In this document: one piece after another, positions 59,466 to 64,000 of the stretch
How the letters are laid out: the number at the start of each line of letters is the position of its first letter
Numbering within the stretch: position 1 is the first letter of the stretch
Source of the DNA: Candidatus Eiseniibacteriota bacterium
GTDB lineage: Bacteria; Eisenbacteria; RBG-16-71-46
Length of the DNA stretch: 64,000 nt
Direction: 5' to 3'
Assembly (NCBI GenBank): GCA_963707915.1
Contig: OY970178.1
Location: forward strand, 2,880,001 to 2,944,000
Position numbers and translations under genes: made by a program
The notes under the pieces: model-generated
Seen by the model: only the letters and a program-made list of their open reading frames with translations
Database searches by the model: none
What the model was told of the DNA's origin: nothing

Positions 59466-62400
59466 ATGAGAAAGTCGTTTGTCGCGCTCGCCCTTCTCGT
59501 GGGGGCAGCGACGATGTTGACGACCCTGGCTTTTGCCCAGGAAGGAAGCACCCAGGATCAGGGCGCGATTCTCAAGATCAGGTCGAGCCTTGTCACCAAG
59601 GCCGCCCGTCTTGGGACGTCGGCAGCCACGGATACCCTGTGGGTCGGCCACACCACGGCCGCGACTCACAGCCATCCGTGGAACGTCGGCGTCGGCCCGA
59701 ACCGCCCTGGCGCGGGCGGGTCGTACAACGGCACGTGGGACTTCGACACCTTCGACAATGGCGCCGCGAGCGACTCGGCTCAGGGCTGGGTTCCGATGAA
59801 CTCGCCCAATCCCCGTACGAGCGGCACCATCTCTGACGACCTGCGTTCGTGGAACTGCCTCGACTGGGGCAACCGAATGAACGCCGCGGAGCGTCAGGGC
59901 CGTACGCCTGGCATCATCAGCGCGTGGCATGCGGACAACGGCGCGTACCCCGCGTACGTTGCCCCGATCTGCCCCACGTGCCCGCCGAACTCGTGGACCC
60001 CGCTCGCCGGCGCGAAGTCGGCGTGGTGCGGCCTGCGCGCCGGTGACGACTTCTCCGTCGTCGATGCGATTGCCTACGGCGGCACCGGCAACCACATCAA
60101 CGGCAACGCCCTGATCGGCCGCTTCGGAACGAACCTGAACTCGCAGGGCGGCAAGCAGACGCAGAAGAACTTCCCGGGCTACGCCAATCAGTGGGACCAG
60201 ATGATGTACCGGGACATCCGCGTCGCTTCCAGCACGCCGGTCACCGTCAGCTTCCTCTACGAGACCCAGATGGACACGCGGGCTGACGTTGCTCCGGCCA
60301 CGACGTCCGGCTGGTTCGACAAGGATCCGCTGAGCCTCCAGCAGGGCGGGTTCGGTGTCGCCGCGAACAACTTCATCAGCGCCTCGGCGGCCGGTGCCGC
60401 CAACGCGCCCGTCGATTCGTTCATGGTCTACGTGGGCGTGCCCACCGACCCGGCGGACTGCCGTTACACCGACTGGCTCTCGGGCGACCCGGCGCGGCCG
60501 ATCTTCGACCTGAAGCGCCGCTGGTTCTCGGAAGTCATCGCCGTCGACAAGCCGTATCACGAGATCCTCAGCACGTTCGGTCGTGACTCGGCGTTTGCGG
60601 CCTTGCCCTACTCGGCGACCGTGACCGCAGGGCAGATCGACGCCATGATCGCCGCCCAGGGCGGCGTTGGCGGCGGCGTGATCCGCGTCGTCTTCCGCGT
60701 CAAGACCAACGCGAACTACGCCGACGAGCAGAACACCGGCGGTTCGTTCAACTCGACCAACAAGGGCGCCGCCCGCATCGACCAGGTGGCGATCACGGGT
60801 GCCACGCCCGCCTTCACCACCAGCGGCTTCGAAACCGACGGCGAGATCGACAACACGATCGAAGGGGCCAACTCGGCCTCGCCCGGTCCGGCCGTCGGCG
60901 CGGGCTACGCGTTCGCGGCCTGGCACACGACCGGCAAGTCGCCGAAGATCATGCCTCACCTCCACCCGATCGCGGGCGGCGACATCGGCCCGGGCAACTC
61001 CTACACCGCGCTGGCCTACGCTGACCTGTGCGGCGTCTGGAATTCGCCCATCCGCGGGTGCAACATCAACGGCATCGTCGTCTCGATGACCGACCACGAC
61101 CTCCTCGAGGCCGCGGGCGGCGCGGACGGCACTCCGTTCAAGGAGGTCCGTCAGGGCTTCATCTCGCCGACCATCAACCTGGTCACGCCGGCGATGCCCG
61201 GGACCAACGACGTCGGCCTCGACGCGCAGCACGTCGCGACGAACCAGCCCTGGCTGCTCTTCAACGACCTGTACACCGGCATCTACGCCGACGTGTACGC
61301 CCAGGGCAACCTGTACGCGCTCACGCTGATCAGCTACCCGACGTTGCAGAAGAACGGTGCGACGATCTGGGGCGACCTCGGCGTCATCAGCTCCGTGTCC
61401 TGGTGGGGCGATTACTACTGCCTCCAGGATCAGAATACGGTGTCGGAGTTCATCAACACGTCGAACCCCACCGGTATCCCCGATTCGGTCAAGGTCGTGT
61501 TCTACCGCGAGCAGCGCTGCATCAGCTTCGGTGCGACGAACTGCTCTTCGACGGACGGTCACTACGTCGACAACATCGCGCTGGGGTTCCCCCCGCCGAC
61601 GACCGGTAGCTCCGACAACATCTCCATCGATATCTGGGATTGGTACACGGATGCCTTCCCGCGCAACGAGACGGTGGCGCTTCCTGGCACCGCCGGCTTC
61701 GACACCTGCGCGGCGAACATCTACAGCGCGTTCCAGCGCGCGACCGCTTCCACCGACGGCGTCCGGAGCAACATCGCCTCCGATACCATGTTCATCAAGG
61801 GGACGAACAGCACCGGCACCCCGGCGCGGATGGATGCCGTCTTCCGTGTCTACCCTGGTCCTGGCAACTACGTGATCCCCGGCAACCGGTCGTCGGGTCT
61901 GCGTCAGGTGCCGACCAGCACGACGCCCGCCGTCTCGGGTGATGCCTCGTTCTGGGGCCAGTACATGGCGGACCCGGGCACGTTCAGCAAGGGCGTGCAC
62001 ACGGGCGCTCCGTCGGGCTGGAACGTGGACACGTGGAACAGCGTCCGCGTCGACACGGTCGAGAACAACATCTTCCCGGCGATGGCGAACAACGCGAATC
62101 TTCCCGCCATCACGGCAGAGAACTGGGCAAGCATGATCTATGACGGTTCCGAGGGCGGAGTGGAGCCGAAGTTCGCCACCCTGGGAATCCTCAAGAACCG
62201 CTGCTTCCTGATCGATCCTTCTGCCGGCGCCGTGGTGAACCACACCAACATCGACTGCGCCACCGTGCCCGCCTGGGTGCTTCTGCCCGGGACCGGGTAT
62301 GACGGCAACCAGCAGACCCGGGAGTACACCTCGATCTTCCCGAGCGGGTTGCTGACGCCCGGATCGAGCATCGAGTACTTCTACCGCTTCTCCAAGCTCG

Positions 62401-63860
62401 CGAGCCCGGGCGTCATCGCCACGATGAACCCGGACACGGACGTGGTCTTCGTCCAGAAGGGCGGCCACTGGAACTACGACGGTCTGCGCTGGGCGAGCAT
62501 CTTCGTCCTGCCGGACAAGTGGAAGTCCATCGAGTACGGCGGCCTCGGCTCGGCCTGCATGCTGGTCGTGAACCAGCAGGCGCGTCGTGGAAACCTCAGA
62601 GGCTGGGCGGGCATCGCGGACTCCATCGGCGCCACCAGAGCCGCCAAGTACGGCGCGGGCAATGGCTGGCACTGCCAGGGTGGCTACATCGCGAGCGATG
62701 GTTCCGGCAACTACACGTCGGAGAAGAACTGCGGCACCGATCCCAACATCGCCGTGTGGCCGAACCGTGGCCAGATGGGCTCCACGTGGGATCGCTACAA
62801 CGTGACGTCGGCGGAGTCGCCGAGCGGCAACGCGGCTCACCTCGGCGGTCGTCTGGCGATCCTGGCCAGCGGCTACCAGCTGGGCAAGGACGCGAAGATC
62901 GGTCCGACGCCCGAAATGCTGAGCACCTACTACAACATGCTGTTCTTCCTCGCTGGCGACATGTCGGGTGTCTGGCTTGGCCCGAACACGAACCAGGGTT
63001 CGCAGGAAATGCTGATCATCGACGACTTCCTGAATGCCAGTGGCCAGAGAGGTGTCTGGATCATGGGTAACGGGTTCGTCGAGGGTCACGACGGTGCTTC
63101 CGCTGCGCACGACATCTTCCTGAACACGACGCTGGGCGTCGCGCTTCGGAGCCCGTCGTACTTCGCGCTGTCGGGCAGCAACGTCCTCTATCCGGACCTG
63201 ATTCCCCAGGGCACGATCATCAACTCGACGGGAGTCCGGTACTCGGTGGTGAATTCCTGCACGTGGACGAACGACGTCCTGACCGAGCAGTCGCCGGTCG
63301 GCGCCGTGCCCGCGACGATGTACCAGAATCTGGGTGCTTGCGTGAGTTGCGTCGCCGGCGTCTACACGCCCTACAACGCGACCCTGCATCCGTACACGAC
63401 GCTCGTGGACGGCTGGGACCTGGCGAACCTGACGAACAAGGGCGGTGGCAGCAGCCTGGGCCGCCTGGGTTACGTCATGGACGTCCTGGTGAACACGTTC
63501 GCTTCGGTCTGTGCGTTCACTGCCGCTCCGACCGTCGACGTGTTCCAGCCGAACGAGACCAGCGCCAGCTACATCAACCTGCTCGGCAACGTGGTGAACA
63601 ACCCGTTGTCGGTGGGCATGGCGACGGTCAACTTCACTCTCGCGAAGAACGATCTGGTGGACGTCAGGGTGTATGACGTCACGGGTCGTCTGGTGAAGAC
63701 GCTGGCGAACCGCCAGGCGTTCAAGGCCGGTCCGAGCAAGCTCGCTTGGGACGGACGGAACGACCAGGGTCAGGTGGTCGCGCGCGGTGTGTACTTCACC
63801 CAGGTGAAGTTCATCAACAGCGGCTTCGTGGACGCCAAGAAGGTCACGGTCCTGAAGTAA
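59466..63860 (+). CDS. Large secreted protein (1464 aa) with a C-terminal FlgD-Ig/T9SS-like domain
   Basis: Signal peptide ending AFA; Asn/Thr/Gly/Trp/Cys-rich; NP...VYDVTGRLVKTL...WDGRNDQG..VARGVYF..KKVTVLK. Confidence 0.85.
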   Translation: MRKSFVALALLVGAATMLTTLAFAQEGSTQDQGAILKIRSSLVTKAARLGTSAATDTLWVGHTTAATHSHPWNVGVGPNRPGAGGSYNGTWDFDTFDNGAASDSAQGWVPMNSPNPRTSGTISDDLRSWNCLDWGNRMNAAERQGRTPGIISAWHADNGAYPAYVAPICPTCPPNSWTPLAGAKSAWCGLRAGDDFSVVDAIAYGGTGNHINGNALIGRFGTNLNSQGGKQTQKNFPGYANQWDQMMYRDIRVASSTPVTVSFLYETQMDTRADVAPATTSGWFDKDPLSLQQGGFGVAANNFISASAAGAANAPVDSFMVYVGVPTDPADCRYTDWLSGDPARPIFDLKRRWFSEVIAVDKPYHEILSTFGRDSAFAALPYSATVTAGQIDAMIAAQGGVGGGVIRVVFRVKTNANYADEQNTGGSFNSTNKGAARIDQVAITGATPAFTTSGFETDGEIDNTIEGANSASPGPAVGAGYAFAAWHTTGKSPKIMPHLHPIAGGDIGPGNSYTALAYADLCGVWNSPIRGCNINGIVVSMTDHDLLEAAGGADGTPFKEVRQGFISPTINLVTPAMPGTNDVGLDAQHVATNQPWLLFNDLYTGIYADVYAQGNLYALTLISYPTLQKNGATIWGDLGVISSVSWWGDYYCLQDQNTVSEFINTSNPTGIPDSVKVVFYREQRCISFGATNCSSTDGHYVDNIALGFPPPTTGSSDNISIDIWDWYTDAFPRNETVALPGTAGFDTCAANIYSAFQRATASTDGVRSNIASDTMFIKGTNSTGTPARMDAVFRVYPGPGNYVIPGNRSSGLRQVPTSTTPAVSGDASFWGQYMADPGTFSKGVHTGAPSGWNVDTWNSVRVDTVENNIFPAMANNANLPAITAENWASMIYDGSEGGVEPKFATLGILKNRCFLIDPSAGAVVNHTNIDCATVPAWVLLPGTGYDGNQQTREYTSIFPSGLLTPGSSIEYFYRFSKLASPGVIATMNPDTDVVFVQKGGHWNYDGLRWASIFVLPDKWKSIEYGGLGSACMLVVNQQARRGNLRGWAGIADSIGATRAAKYGAGNGWHCQGGYIASDGSGNYTSEKNCGTDPNIAVWPNRGQMGSTWDRYNVTSAESPSGNAAHLGGRLAILASGYQLGKDAKIGPTPEMLSTYYNMLFFLAGDMSGVWLGPNTNQGSQEMLIIDDFLNASGQRGVWIMGNGFVEGHDGASAAHDIFLNTTLGVALRSPSYFALSGSNVLYPDLIPQGTIINSTGVRYSVVNSCTWTNDVLTEQSPVGAVPATMYQNLGACVSCVAGVYTPYNATLHPYTTLVDGWDLANLTNKGGGSSLGRLGYVMDVLVNTFASVCAFTAAPTVDVFQPNETSASYINLLGNVVNNPLSVGMATVNFTLAKNDLVDVRVYDVTGRLVKTLANRQAFKAGPSKLAWDGRNDQGQVVARGVYFTQVKFINSGFVDAKKVTVLK

Positions 63861-63872
63861 GCTGATCAGTAC

Positions 63873-63956
63873 GGTGGCCGTCCCGCCTTCGGGCGGGCCG
63901 GCCGCCCAGTCGACAAGCCGGCGGGCGGGGGTCCAACCCCCGCCCGCCGGCGTTTG
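63873..63956 (+). terminator. Tandem hairpins / terminator after the large gene
   Basis: CCCGCC-TTCG-GGCGGG (63882-97) and a perfect 15-bp stem at 63917-63951 followed by GTTT. Confidence 0.7.
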
Positions 63957-64000
63957 GCCGGGCGATCCAGGACCCGGACCGGCGCGCGGCGCCATCGGTC

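Overview
Very GC-rich bacterial chromosomal segment with about 52 genes. I found no rRNA, tRNA, CRISPR array or transposase. Exported proteins ending in 'SWGxLKxLYR' or in FlgD/T9SS-like C-terminal domains suggest Ca. Eisenbacteria or a related FCB-adjacent lineage (inference). Content in order: lhgO, CDGSH Fe-S protein, SIMPL, a Cys-rich secreted alpha/alpha-barrel protein, a frameshifted GH13 enzyme, epimerase and glycosyltransferases, AmpG, a TetR-controlled YbhGFSR-like efflux operon (HlyD frameshifted), a TPR + ABC exporter pair, an ADH, an arginine-synthetase-like (ArcE/COG2403) gene fused in an operon with OTC, rhodanese and MauE, an orphan P-loop protein, cutA-tsaD, a c-di-GMP module (REC-GGDEF, GAF-HK-GAF-HD-GYP, REC), priA, an HD protein, a TPR protein, a divergent ilvC, HU, peptidases, ltaE, rsmI-PIP synthase-ino1-tmk, ctpA-HAD, dusB-larB-larC-ECF ATPase, and a 1464-aa secreted protein with a strong promoter, a structured ~350-nt leader and tandem terminators. 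The most notable items are the ArcE-OTC operon, the two C-terminal sorting signals with a putative major surface protein, a 184-nt folded intergenic element, an IlvC with active-site substitutions, an ECF ATPase with both switch histidines replaced by Gln, and recurrent leaderless promoters. All calls come from reading motifs by eye; no database searches were run.
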